DNA of 32,000 nt from Dickeya dadantii NCPPB 898 (lineage in GTDB: Bacteria > Pseudomonadota > Gammaproteobacteria > Enterobacterales > Enterobacteriaceae): positions 506,930 through 538,929 of the forward strand of contig NZ_CM001976.1 of the NCBI RefSeq assembly GCF_000406145.1, given 5' to 3'. Made by a program: the position numbers and the translations under genes. A model generated the notes under the pieces. The model was not told the origin of the DNA and did no database searches. It was given only the letters and a program-made list of their open reading frames with translations. Positions 18,596 to 27,002 of this stretch are shown here, in pieces. Position 1 is the stretch's first letter. Each line of letters starts with the position of its first letter.

Positions 18596-19252
18596 ATGAA
18601 AAAGACCAAGATTGCACTTTCGACCAAATTTGCATTTCCAACCAAATTTGCATTTTCGCTGGCGACGGTGGTTCTGGGTACGGTACTGGCGGGCGGTCAG
18701 GCATTGGCTGAACAGGAAACGTTGGCGCAGCAGGCGCAGCGTATCGCGGATACCGCCGGTAAAAAAATCGATAGTTCCGTACAGCAGGCCGTAGGCTATG
18801 TGGATGACAGCACTCTCACCGCCAGAGTGAAAAGCGCGTTGCTGAAAGATGAAACGCTCGACGGCAATGACATTTCCGTTTCCACCCGCGATGGCGTGGT
18901 GACGCTTAGCGGCTTTATCAGCAGCCAGCAGATGGCGACCGGCGCGGTGAAAATCGCCGCCCAGACCGAAGGCGTCAAGTCGGTCAGTGACAAATTACAG
19001 GTGAAGGATGACAGCGGCGTACAGTCGGTCGGCAGCTATGCAGACGATACCCTCACCACCAGCACCATCAAGGCCAAACTGCTGGCGGATGACATTGTCC
19101 CTTCCCGCCACGTTAAGGTAGAAACCCACGACGGTATCGTGTTGTTGACCGGTCAGGTGACGAGCCGGGCGCAGGCCGATCGGGCGGAAGCCATCGCCAA
19201 AGCCGTCAGCGGCGTCAAAAGCGTTAAGAATGAGCTGACGGTGAAATCCTGA
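18596..19252 (+). CDS. osmY: Osmotically inducible periplasmic protein OsmY (two BON domains)
   Basis: The start is trimmed to MKKTKIAL (AGGAAGG SD upstream). A signal peptide ends at ALA|EQ. The C-terminal half ([45 protein letters not shown]) matches E. coli OsmY. Confidence 0.9.
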   Translation: MKKTKIALSTKFAFPTKFAFSLATVVLGTVLAGGQALAEQETLAQQAQRIADTAGKKIDSSVQQAVGYVDDSTLTARVKSALLKDETLDGNDISVSTRDGVVTLSGFISSQQMATGAVKIAAQTEGVKSVSDKLQVKDDSGVQSVGSYADDTLTTSTIKAKLLADDIVPSRHVKVETHDGIVLLTGQVTSRAQADRAEAIAKAVSGVKSVKNELTVKS

Positions 19253-19412
19253 CGCGTCTCGCCGCCGGAGCACCGGCGACAGCGCGGCGGCGTAATGTGC
19301 GCCGCCGTTATCCCTTTCTGACTGACCGCGGACCGTCGCCCGACGTATGCTGCCCAAATTCGGGGCGTACTGGCGACGGCAACCCTCGCCTTTTCGCACG
19401 CAAGGAGGTCTG

Positions 19413-19574
19413 ATGTTTCGCTGGGGCATTATTTTTCTCATTATCGCAGTGATCGCCGCTGCGCTCGGGTTTGGCAGCCTGGCCGGTACGGCTGCGATGG
19501 CGGCCAAAATCGTGTTTGTGGTGGGGATTATCCTGTTTCTGCTCAGTTTGTTGATGGGCCGACGCCGGCCATAG
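19413..19574 (+). CDS. ytjA: UPF0391 small membrane protein YtjA
   Basis: The start is trimmed to [21 protein letters not shown] (AAGGAGG SD 5 nt upstream). The product is 53 aa and lies downstream of osmY, as in E. coli. Confidence 0.85.
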   Translation: MFRWGIIFLIIAVIAAALGFGSLAGTAAMAAKIVFVVGIILFLLSLLMGRRRP

Positions 19575-19669
19575 CTTGTCTGAAGACGAAGCCATACGGT
19601 TGTCATATTTTTCCGCCACACTTTCCATGCCGTTTTTTGTCCGATTTTTGTCCTGTTCTGGGGGTCATC

Positions 19670-19861
19670 ATGATGAATCTGGATGTCGCCATCGGCAGAT
19701 GGAAGCAATGGAAAGGGTGTTTGTGGGAGCTGTGGGCCGAGTGCTTTGACAGCGACGGCGCCTGGGTGTCGGGAAATCACGGTTTTCTGGCCGGTGTGAT
19801 GCAGGAATATTACGGAAAAGAGCAGGACGAGGTATCCTCGGAGCATGACAGTCTGCACTGA
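19670..19861 (+). CDS. CsbD-family (YjbJ-like) stress-response protein, divergent
   Basis: The 63-aa product MMNLDVAIGRWKQWKGCLWELWAE..D......G..G.LAGVMQEYYGKEQDE fits the CsbD pattern G.WKQ.KG...E.WG.....D....G....L.G..QE.YG. It is unusually rich in Trp and Cys for the family. Confidence 0.55.
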   Translation: MMNLDVAIGRWKQWKGCLWELWAECFDSDGAWVSGNHGFLAGVMQEYYGKEQDEVSSEHDSLH

Positions 19862-19886
19862 GGGATAACCGTTGCCCACCTACTAT

Positions 19887-19931
19887 TTATCCGATGACGC
19901 ATTATCCGATGACGCGTTATCCGGTGACGCG
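19887..19931. repeat. Three tandem 15-bp units (TTATCCGATGACGCR) ending exactly at the yjjV ATG
   Basis: Units lie at 19887-19901, 19902-19916 and 19917-19931, followed by a partial copy (GATGACGG) that contains the ATG at 19932. Confidence 0.85.
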
Positions 19932-20774
19932 ATGACGGCCGGGGAACCCGACCGCGCGCAGGCGGCGAACAACGTCGGGTTTATCGATACCCATTGCCAC
20001 TTTGATTTTCCCCTGTTCGCTGAAAATGACGCCGGTAGTCTGGCGCAGGCGGCGCAGGCGGGCGTCCACCGCCTGATTGTGCCGGCCGTGGCCGCCGAAC
20101 ATTTTGAGCGGGTGCTGGAACTCAGTCAGCGTTGGCCTGCACTGTATGCCGCGCTGGGGCTGCATCCGCTGTATATCGCCGGGCATCAGGAAGCCCATCT
20201 GGCCGAACTGGCGTCCCTGCTGGCGCAGCCGCATCCCCGTTTGGTAGCGGTGGGGGAGATCGGCCTGGATCTTTACATGCCGGAACCGCAATTCGAACGG
20301 CAGAAAGCGTTTTTGGGCGCGCAACTTAAGCTGGCGGCCCAGCGCGATCTGCCGGTTATCCTCCATTCCCGCCGCAGTCACGATCAACTGGCGCAAATAC
20401 TGCGCCGCTACCCGGTTCCCTGTACCGGCGTGGTACACGGTTTTGCCGGCAGCTACGATCAGGCGATGACCTTTATCCGCCTTGGTTACTACATCGGCGT
20501 GGGCGGCACCATCACGTATCCGCGCGCCAACAAGACCCGTCAGGCGATTGCGCGCCTGCCGCTCGACCGGCTGCTGTTGGAGACGGATGCGCCGGATATG
20601 CCGGTGTGCGGGTTTCAGGGGCAACCGAATCGCCCGGAGCGTATTACTTCGGTGTTCGAAACGCTGTGCGAATTACGTCCGGAGTGGCCGCAGGTCATTG
20701 CAGGCGCTATTCTCGCCAACACCCTGCGGTTATTTCCGGGGTTGCAGTCGCTGGAGCCTCACCAACCCGCCTGA
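19932..20774 (+). CDS. yjjV: TatD-family metal-dependent hydrolase YjjV
   Basis: FIDTHCHFDF lies near the N-terminus, and GEIGLD, HSR and ETDAPD motifs are present. I prefer the ATG at 19932. The track's TTG start at 19872 would add an LSDDA-LSDDA-LSGDA repeat encoded by the 15-bp repeats. Confidence 0.85.
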   Translation: MTAGEPDRAQAANNVGFIDTHCHFDFPLFAENDAGSLAQAAQAGVHRLIVPAVAAEHFERVLELSQRWPALYAALGLHPLYIAGHQEAHLAELASLLAQPHPRLVAVGEIGLDLYMPEPQFERQKAFLGAQLKLAAQRDLPVILHSRRSHDQLAQILRRYPVPCTGVVHGFAGSYDQAMTFIRLGYYIGVGGTITYPRANKTRQAIARLPLDRLLLETDAPDMPVCGFQGQPNRPERITSVFETLCELRPEWPQVIAGAILANTLRLFPGLQSLEPHQPA

Positions 20775-21058
20775 TGCCGCCGTCGTGGTCTTAGGCTCGC
20801 CGTTGACGCTGAACGCCGACGCCATAATACTGGCGTTTATTGCATCAATTGCTTTACTTTACGGTATCCTTGACGGCATCGGCGCAGACGTTGTCCAACC
20901 TGATGAGCGCCAGCATCGCCGGTTTCTTTTCGTCGGCGCTGGCGTAACGGCGGTCGGTGTTTCGCCGGATGCGCTTACGTTCAGTCGGCGATACATCGTC
21001 TTATTTACCGGAGAGCCTGATAGTGGACGGCTCACACCCGGTTGCAGAGTGCAGTGAC

Positions 21059-21778
21059 ATGCTTTCTTCATTTATCAATAATATCGAGTGGTTGACCGTT
21101 CGCCAGGCCGGCAATGAAACCACTTACCCTGGGCATTGCGCACGCTGTCATTTCGACCTGTCGGCGTACCGCGATGAGCTGTTTTTTCGGGCCGGTATTC
21201 CCATCCCGACGGAAATCGCGCGCTCGGTGCCGAAACGCCGGGCGGAGTATCTGGCGGGGCGTTATCTGGCAAAGGCGGTGTTATCCCGGCTGGGGGTGAA
21301 TGACTATGTGCTGACCAGCGCGGCCGATCGCTCGCCGCAATGGCCGGAGCGTATCGCCGGTTCGCTCAGCCACAACGTCGATAGCGTGCTGTGCGCCGCG
21401 CATCAATGCCGCCATGACGGGTCCTGCGTTGGGCTGGATATTGAAACCCGGATGGATGTCGAACGCGCCAATAATCTGTGGCCCGGCATCGCCGATGAGA
21501 TTGAGTATGACTGGCTGCATTCCCACAACCCCATCAGTTTCGCCAGTATGCTGACGCTGAGTTTTTCCGCCAAAGAGAGCCTGTACAAGGCATTGTATCC
21601 ACAGGTAAAACGTTATTTCGATTTTCTGGATGTCCGCATGGTCGGGCTGGATACCGCACAGCAGACCTTCACGCTGCAATTGCTGACCGACCTGTCGCCG
21701 GCTTATCTGGCGGGGCGTCGTTTCTCGGGAACCTACCAATTGCGGGAAAACGATATCACCACGTTTCTGTTTGGTTGA
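21059..21778 (+). CDS. 4'-phosphopantetheinyl transferase, EntD/Sfp-type
   Basis: The start is trimmed to MLSSFINN. Motifs RRAEYLAGRYLAK, GSLSH, VGLDIE and FSAKESLYKA are the PPTase signatures. The start codon choice is uncertain because the SD is weak. Confidence 0.75.
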   Translation: MLSSFINNIEWLTVRQAGNETTYPGHCARCHFDLSAYRDELFFRAGIPIPTEIARSVPKRRAEYLAGRYLAKAVLSRLGVNDYVLTSAADRSPQWPERIAGSLSHNVDSVLCAAHQCRHDGSCVGLDIETRMDVERANNLWPGIADEIEYDWLHSHNPISFASMLTLSFSAKESLYKALYPQVKRYFDFLDVRMVGLDTAQQTFTLQLLTDLSPAYLAGRRFSGTYQLRENDITTFLFG

Positions 21779-21819
21779 ACAGGATGCCATTGACGTCACG
21801 ACAACAGGGAGCGACGAAC

Positions 21820-22584
21820 ATGAAGATGACCGGCAACACGATACTGATTACCGGCGGCGGCTCGGGTATCGGGCTGGGGCTGGCGGCGGCGTTTCACCAG
21901 CGGGGCAACCAGGTGATCATCGCCGGACGGCGCGAGGCGGCGTTGCGACAGGCGGCGGCCGATTTTCCCGGCATGGCCTGGCGGGTGCTGGATCAGCGCG
22001 ATCCCGCGGCCATCAGCGCTTTTGTCGGGCAACTGACGCAGGATTATCCGGCGCTCAATGTGCTGATCAATAACGCCGGTATTCAGCGACGCGAAGACCT
22101 GACCCGGCCGGACCCGCAGCTGATCGACGACACGGTGTCGACCAACCTGCTGGGGCCGCTGTGGCTAACCGGTGCACTGATTCCGCATTTGCTGCGGCAG
22201 CCGCACGCGGCGGTGCTGAACGTGACGTCGGAGCTGGCGTTTCTGCCGCAGGCGATTACCCCAACCTATTGCGCCAGCAAAGCGGCGCTGCATGCCTACA
22301 CCGACGCGCTGCGCTGCCAGTTGCGCCAGACGACGGTGCAGGTCATCGAGATTATTCCGCCCTGGGTGCAGACCGGATTGCAGGGCGACTGGGGTTATGA
22401 CCCGCGCGCCATGCCGTTGCCGGACTTTATTGATGAAACGCTGGCTTTGCTGTCGCAACAGCCGGTGGCCGACGAGATTGTGGTGGAGCGCGCCCGCGCG
22501 TTGCGATTTGCCGAGCGAGAAGGGGCTTACGCCGAGCGTTTTCGGGCGTTCAACGTTGACCCGGAAACGGAAATCGGTAACTAA
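21820..22584 (+). CDS. Short-chain dehydrogenase/reductase (SDR) family oxidoreductase
   Basis: The start is trimmed to MKMTGNTILITGGGSGIGLG (TGxxxGxG). NNAG and YCASKAAL (the YxxxK catalytic motif) are present. Confidence 0.85.
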   Translation: MKMTGNTILITGGGSGIGLGLAAAFHQRGNQVIIAGRREAALRQAAADFPGMAWRVLDQRDPAAISAFVGQLTQDYPALNVLINNAGIQRREDLTRPDPQLIDDTVSTNLLGPLWLTGALIPHLLRQPHAAVLNVTSELAFLPQAITPTYCASKAALHAYTDALRCQLRQTTVQVIEIIPPWVQTGLQGDWGYDPRAMPLPDFIDETLALLSQQPVADEIVVERARALRFAEREGAYAERFRAFNVDPETEIGN

Positions 22585-22858
22585 AAACGTACCCGGTTTT
22601 GGTTTCTCCGTCCTGGCGACGTATTTTCTGGCTTGTTATCCGGATGCAAAACTGTATCCGGATGTAATATTTCATGTTGGCTGATGTGTTTTGGTTTGTG
22701 CAACCGCCTCAATTTTAACCTGCCGGTGCGGGTTATTTCCCCATGTTTTTATAATGGATTTTATTTTATCATTTTAAATCAATTGATTAAGTTCGGTGCT
22801 TTCCTCTTGGTTTTTTGTTGAAATGCGTTTTTTTCGACGCCGTTCCCGCTGTATTCAT

Positions 22859-22885
22859 TAATCCCCCGCGTTAACATGCCGATAA
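22859..22885 (+). promoter_or_regulatory. Sigma-28 (FliA)-type promoter of the chemoreceptor gene
   Basis: TAAT-N15-GCCGATAA has a perfect -10 octamer at 22878-22885 with consensus spacing. The -35 matches only 3 of 4 TAAA positions. It lies about 55 nt upstream of the ATG. MCP genes are classic class-3 flagellar genes. Confidence 0.6.
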
Positions 22886-22939
22886 CTAATGTAATGTTTT
22901 GTATAAAATCAGCATAAACGTACCCTCTTAAAGGAAAAA

Positions 22940-24661
22940 ATGATGAATACAACCGCTCAGTCTCCTTCGTCGCCCGGTGTGAGTTTCTGGCACCACTGGC
23001 GGCTGATGCCGATGTTCAGTTCGATCATCGGCGTCATTCTGATCCTGTTCGCGTTGGCGATAGGGTTCTCGGTCCATTTTTTGATGCGCAGCAACAGTTC
23101 TCTCAATGACGTGACGGCGGAAATTCAGGTCCGTCTGGGGGTTTCCAACAGTTCCAACCACTTACGTACCGCCCGGCTGATGTTGATTCAGGCCGCCGCC
23201 GCCGCCAAGGATGGCGATAAAGACACCGCCAGCAGCAGTATCCAGCAGGCGGAAGGCCGTCTGAAACAGTCGGCTGACAGCTTTGCCACCTACCAGAGTC
23301 GTGAAGTAAAAACCCCGGCCGATCTGGCGCTGGATGACGCGCTACAGCAGCGCTACAACGACTACGTCAACAATGGCGTCAGGCCAATGCTGGATGCGGT
23401 GAAAACCGGCCGCTACGACGATGTGGTCACCACCGAATGGAAACAGACCCGTAAGCTTGACCTGGCCTACAACGAGGTGTTGCTGAAAGTGGTGGCGATC
23501 CGCACCCAGCGGGCGGAAGCGCTCAACAGCGAGGCGCAGCAAGAGTCAGTGTTGGGTTACAGCGTGATGGCCGCCAGCTTTGTGGTGGCGGTGCTGGTGT
23601 CGTTGTTTACCTACCTGTGCCTGCGCCGGGTGATTATCAAACCGATGCGCTCGCTGGTTGAACGTATCGAACACATCGCCTCCGGCGATCTCACCATGCC
23701 GCTGGCACAGTGGGGGCGCGGCGAAGTCGGTCAACTGGGGCAGTATTTGCAGAACATGCAGCAGTCGCTGGCGCGCACCGTCAGCAACGTGCGCCACGGG
23801 GTGGAAGCCATTTATCAGGGCATTACCGAAATTTCCGCCGGCAACAGCGACCTTTCTTCCCGCACGGAGGAACAGGCATCCGCGCTGGAACAGACCGCCT
23901 CCAGCATGGAAGAGCTGACTTCCACCGTGCGCCATAACGCCGACAACGCCAACCATGCCAGCCAACTGGCCGGCAATGCCTCCGGTAAAGCGCGGCAGGG
24001 CGGCGAACTGGTGGACAGCGTGGTGAAAACCATGGGCAATATCCATCAGAGTTCGAAGAAGATTTCCGAAATCACCAACATCATCAACGGTATCGCCTTC
24101 CAGACCAACATCCTGGCGCTCAACGCCGCGGTAGAAGCCGCGCGCGCCGGCGAACAGGGGCGTGGTTTTGCGGTAGTGGCGGGTGAGGTGCGCTCGCTGG
24201 CGCAGCGCAGCGCTCAGGCGGCCAAAGAGATCGAAGGGTTGATTACCGAATCCGTGTCGCTGGTGGAAACCGGCTCCGGTCAGGTCAGCCGCGCCGGGGA
24301 AACCATGCAGGATATCGTCAACGCCGTGACCAGCGTGACGGATATTATGGCGGAAATTTCGGTGGCGTCGCAGGAACAGAGCAAAGGCATCGATCAGGTC
24401 GGGCAGGCGATTAACTCTATCGATAATGTTACCCAGCAGAACGCCGCGCTGGTGGAGCAGGCTACCGCCGCCGCCGCGTCGCTGGCCGAACAGGCCGCCG
24501 GGCTGAATGAAGCGGTGTCGGCGTTTCGTATCGACGGCGCGGAACGCCGCCCGGCTATCAACATCGCGGCCCGTCCGGCTTCTGCGCAGGCGGCGTTGCC
24601 CAAGGCGCTCCCCGGCGCAAAAAAGGCCAAAAGCAGCAACGACGGCTGGGAAACCTTTTGA
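22940..24661 (+). CDS. Methyl-accepting chemotaxis protein, Tar/Tsr-like
   Basis: 573 aa with two TM segments flanking a periplasmic domain of about 160 aa, then HAMP. The highly conserved signalling hairpin ([41 protein letters not shown]) is present. The C-terminal GWETF resembles the NWETF CheR/CheB tether. Confidence 0.93.
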   Translation: MMNTTAQSPSSPGVSFWHHWRLMPMFSSIIGVILILFALAIGFSVHFLMRSNSSLNDVTAEIQVRLGVSNSSNHLRTARLMLIQAAAAAKDGDKDTASSSIQQAEGRLKQSADSFATYQSREVKTPADLALDDALQQRYNDYVNNGVRPMLDAVKTGRYDDVVTTEWKQTRKLDLAYNEVLLKVVAIRTQRAEALNSEAQQESVLGYSVMAASFVVAVLVSLFTYLCLRRVIIKPMRSLVERIEHIASGDLTMPLAQWGRGEVGQLGQYLQNMQQSLARTVSNVRHGVEAIYQGITEISAGNSDLSSRTEEQASALEQTASSMEELTSTVRHNADNANHASQLAGNASGKARQGGELVDSVVKTMGNIHQSSKKISEITNIINGIAFQTNILALNAAVEAARAGEQGRGFAVVAGEVRSLAQRSAQAAKEIEGLITESVSLVETGSGQVSRAGETMQDIVNAVTSVTDIMAEISVASQEQSKGIDQVGQAINSIDNVTQQNAALVEQATAAAASLAEQAAGLNEAVSAFRIDGAERRPAINIAARPASAQAALPKALPGAKKAKSSNDGWETF

Positions 24662-24724
24662 GTCTGGCAACTGACTAATAAATAACGCTCGTCAGTGAAC
24701 GGGGAATACGTGAACGGGTAAAGC

Positions 24725-24756
24725 AAACGGGTAGCCTGTCGGCAGCCCGTTTTTTA
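24725..24756 (+). terminator. Rho-independent terminator downstream of the MCP gene
   Basis: ACGGGTAGCC-TGTC-GGCAGCCCGT forms a stem with a 2-nt internal mismatch and is followed by TTTTTT. Confidence 0.6.
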
Positions 24757-25194
24757 TGCCTGGCGGTTAGTAAAACGTCGGGCGGCCGGTGAAATGCCCG
24801 ACCCAGCCGGACGGATTGGTAAAAATGCGAATGGCGGTGAAATCGGGAAACTCGCCGCTATCGAACCAGTGCGGTCATGGTCGTTACTCTCAACAAAAGG
24901 GGGTATGGCGTTAACCTTTCACTTTGCAGGGTTAAAAAACAAGATGCTTTATTTATAACTTATTACCAGACCTTTTTTTGATACGAGCGCGTAAAACAGT
25001 ATTTACCTTTGCTTAACCGCGTGGAAGAGATTGTTGATATCAGGTTTTGTGGGGCGGGTTTCTGCGTTCATGTCGGTTGAAGATATTTGGGGGGTGTTCT
25101 CTGGCGGCTCCCGCCGAATAATTTATTTTTTTGAAATGTCATTAATATAGGCTGTTATTTATTTTCTATTTTATTATTTACTTTGATTTGATTA

Positions 25195-25230
25195 AGAATA
25201 AAGCAGGGAAGCAAAATACTTCCCTGCGGT
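25195..25230 (-). terminator. Rho-independent terminator of the FlhE-like gene
   Basis: The minus strand reads GCAGGGAAG-TATTTTG-CTTCCCTGC, a perfect 9-bp stem, followed by TTTATTCTT. It begins about 10 nt after the stop codon. Confidence 0.75.
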
Positions 25231-25238
25231 TTGAATAT

Positions 25239-25661
25239 TTATTGCCAGTTTACGATGACTTGCGCCTGCTGGCCGGAAACCGGTACCGTTCCGCCACTGG
25301 CTACGCGCATGGCAAAGAAGAACGGCTGTGCCGGGCTTTTGCCTTTAAATACTTCGGTTGACATTCTTCTTGTGCGGGAGACATCAACACAATTGCTGGT
25401 GCTGCCCTGACACAGATAAACACTCAGGCCTTGCGGATATCCCACTACATTCCATGTCCAGCTGACGTAAGTAATCGCACCGGTGGCCGGCGGATTGCCC
25501 TTAACCGGGACATCAGCGGTTTCGAGGAAATTACGGGCGTACACGCTGGGCAGTACCACGCTGGATGTGTAGCTGCCTGCCGCGATGGCCGCCTGAGAAA
25601 GTGAGGCTGCCAAAAGTGCGCCGCCCAGAGCGAGGCGTGTGAAAACTGATTTCCGTTTCAT
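25239..25661 (-). CDS. FlhE-like periplasmic protein (orphan copy outside any flhBAE context in this window)
   Basis: The start is trimmed to MKRKSVFTRLALGGALLAASLSQAAIA (signal peptide). The mature part aligns with my recollection of E. coli FlhE: ITYVSWTWNV.G.PQGLSVYLCQGS.SNCVDVS...F...V.SGGT......QAQVIVNWQ versus MTLVAWRYELNGPTPAGLRVRLCSQSRCVELDG...F.W.VPGGG......NQVIVNYR. Confidence 0.65.
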   Translation of the reverse strand: MKRKSVFTRLALGGALLAASLSQAAIAAGSYTSSVVLPSVYARNFLETADVPVKGNPPATGAITYVSWTWNVVGYPQGLSVYLCQGSTSNCVDVSRTRRMSTEVFKGKSPAQPFFFAMRVASGGTVPVSGQQAQVIVNWQ

Positions 25662-26378
25662 ATAAATAACTCTCAATATGAGATGAATTGACCGACAGAA
25701 AATAGGTAGTGCCTGTCCATGCTGGTTATTTTATGGCTCAACCAGACCATGGCCGAGCGTTTTTTCGGCAGTGTAAATAATACCTGCTGATAATAGATGG
25801 TTATTTTCTGTCGACGAAAACCACTCCCCAGAGGTGAGAACAGGAATGGCAGCCGCTACGTTCTAATAATTAGCTGTTGATGTCAATTTTATATTTACTA
25901 ATCCTGTTTTATATATGGGGATAAAAAAGGCGAAATAGTTTTGCTGATATTTATTTTCGATGATGGGTAAATAAGATGAAAAAATCATCTGAGCGATGCC
26001 GGTGAATAAAGCCGCAGCAAACCTGACCGCTGGGGTGGAAAGCGAGAAACGCGGGAATACGGGAATAAATGGCGACATGTCGGTGGCGTCTGAGCCACCG
26101 CTCGTATTGTCGCGGAGGCGCCGTCTGGAGATGAATGCCTGGTTATCAATCGTGCTTTAGCGTAACGAGCAGGGAATGCGGCGTCGCCTATTCGCCGTGC
26201 TTGCACACGGAGTTTATTCTTCGATAAAAAATAGTTTATTCTTAAATAATAAGCCAACCATAGCCTGATGGCGTTTTCCAGCATCATGATCGCTGTGCCC
26301 TGTGTATCAGGGGCGGCGACACGGTGTTGTGATGACGTCGCGAATGCATAGCCATTGACTCCATTTAAGGAGCAGAAA

Positions 26379-27002
26379 ATGACACTTACTGAACGAGCCA
26401 GGATATTCGCCACCGCGGCGCATGCCGCCTGTGAGCAGAAACGGAAATATACCGGCGAGCCCTATATTGTTCATCCGGCGGCGGTGGTCGCCCTGTTAAT
26501 GCAGATTGACCCATCGCCGGAAATGATTGCCGCCGCCTGGCTGCACGATACGGTGGAAGATACCGGCGTGACGCTGGAACTGGTGACCGAATTGTTTGGC
26601 ACTCAGGTCGCGCGTTATGTGGAAATGCTGACCGATGTGCGCACCCGGCAAACCGGCGGCGAGCGCATTCACCGCAAAAACGCCAATTTGCTTCACAGCG
26701 CCGTCGCCTGCCCGGAGGCGCAGAGCATCAAGCTGTGCGACCTGATTGATAACAGCCGCAATATACTGGAGCACGACCCGGTGTTTGCCCGCCCGTACAT
26801 GGTGGAGATGCGCCGCTTGTTAGCGGTGCTGACGCAGGGAGATCCAGGGTTGTATGCCGTTGCTACCCGTCAGTGCGAGCATAATATTCTTGCTATTCAT
26901 CGTACGCTGGGCGACGAAGGCTGGTATCAGCAGCTATGGCAGCAATATGAAGCCCACCTGCCGCTGAGCGTAGTGCTGGCGCGAGCGCAGGCGCTGGCGT
27001 GA
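26379..27002 (+). CDS. Stand-alone RelA/SpoT-type HD-domain hydrolase (small alarmone hydrolase-like)
   Basis: The start is trimmed to MTLTERA (AAGGAG 7 nt upstream). AHAACEQKRKYTGEPYIVHPAAVVALL, AAAWLHDTVEDT and IKLCDLIDNSRNI parallel SpoT hydrolase motifs (H..Q.RK.GEPY..HP..VA, LLHD..EDT, IKLADR.HN.R). At 207 aa it has no synthetase domain. Confidence 0.75.
   Translation: MTLTERARIFATAAHAACEQKRKYTGEPYIVHPAAVVALLMQIDPSPEMIAAAWLHDTVEDTGVTLELVTELFGTQVARYVEMLTDVRTRQTGGERIHRKNANLLHSAVACPEAQSIKLCDLIDNSRNILEHDPVFARPYMVEMRRLLAVLTQGDPGLYAVATRQCEHNILAIHRTLGDEGWYQQLWQQYEAHLPLSVVLARAQALA

Noticed and set aside
20775-21058. A 284-bp gap between yjjV and the PPTase gene. A minus-strand frame reads ...PTERKRIRRNTDRRYASADEKKPAMLALIRLDNVCADAVKDTVK*, and there is a 70-aa track ORF at 20859..21071.
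   Set aside because: The protein-like frame has a stop immediately upstream and no start codon until the last 20 or so codons. The 70-aa ORF is Arg/Ser/Pro/Thr-rich and overlaps the PPTase start. At most this is a gene remnant.
24769-24885. Possible small minus-strand gene remnant: ATG ACC GCA CTG GTT CGA TAG, then in the +1 frame [33 protein letters not shown].
   Set aside because: It needs a frameshift to give a product of about 40 aa, has only a weak SD, and I cannot recall any family. It may be a decayed fragment but is too short to call without a database search.
25762-25790. Degenerate sigma-28-like element upstream of the FlhE-like gene. The minus strand reads ...TTATTTACACT-GCCGAAAA, and the spacer resembles that of the paralogue promoters.
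   Set aside because: The -10 has a mismatch at a conserved position (GCCGAAAA versus GCCGATAA), and there is no TAAA at the -35 position. It would also imply a 5' UTR of about 120 nt. That is not enough to call a promoter.
25863-26413. Track ORFs 25863..26078 (71 aa) and 25985..26413 (142 aa) on the minus strand.
   Set aside because: There is no SD, the compositions are implausible, and the longer ORF overlaps the well-supported start of the HD gene. I treated the region as non-coding and report it under findings instead.
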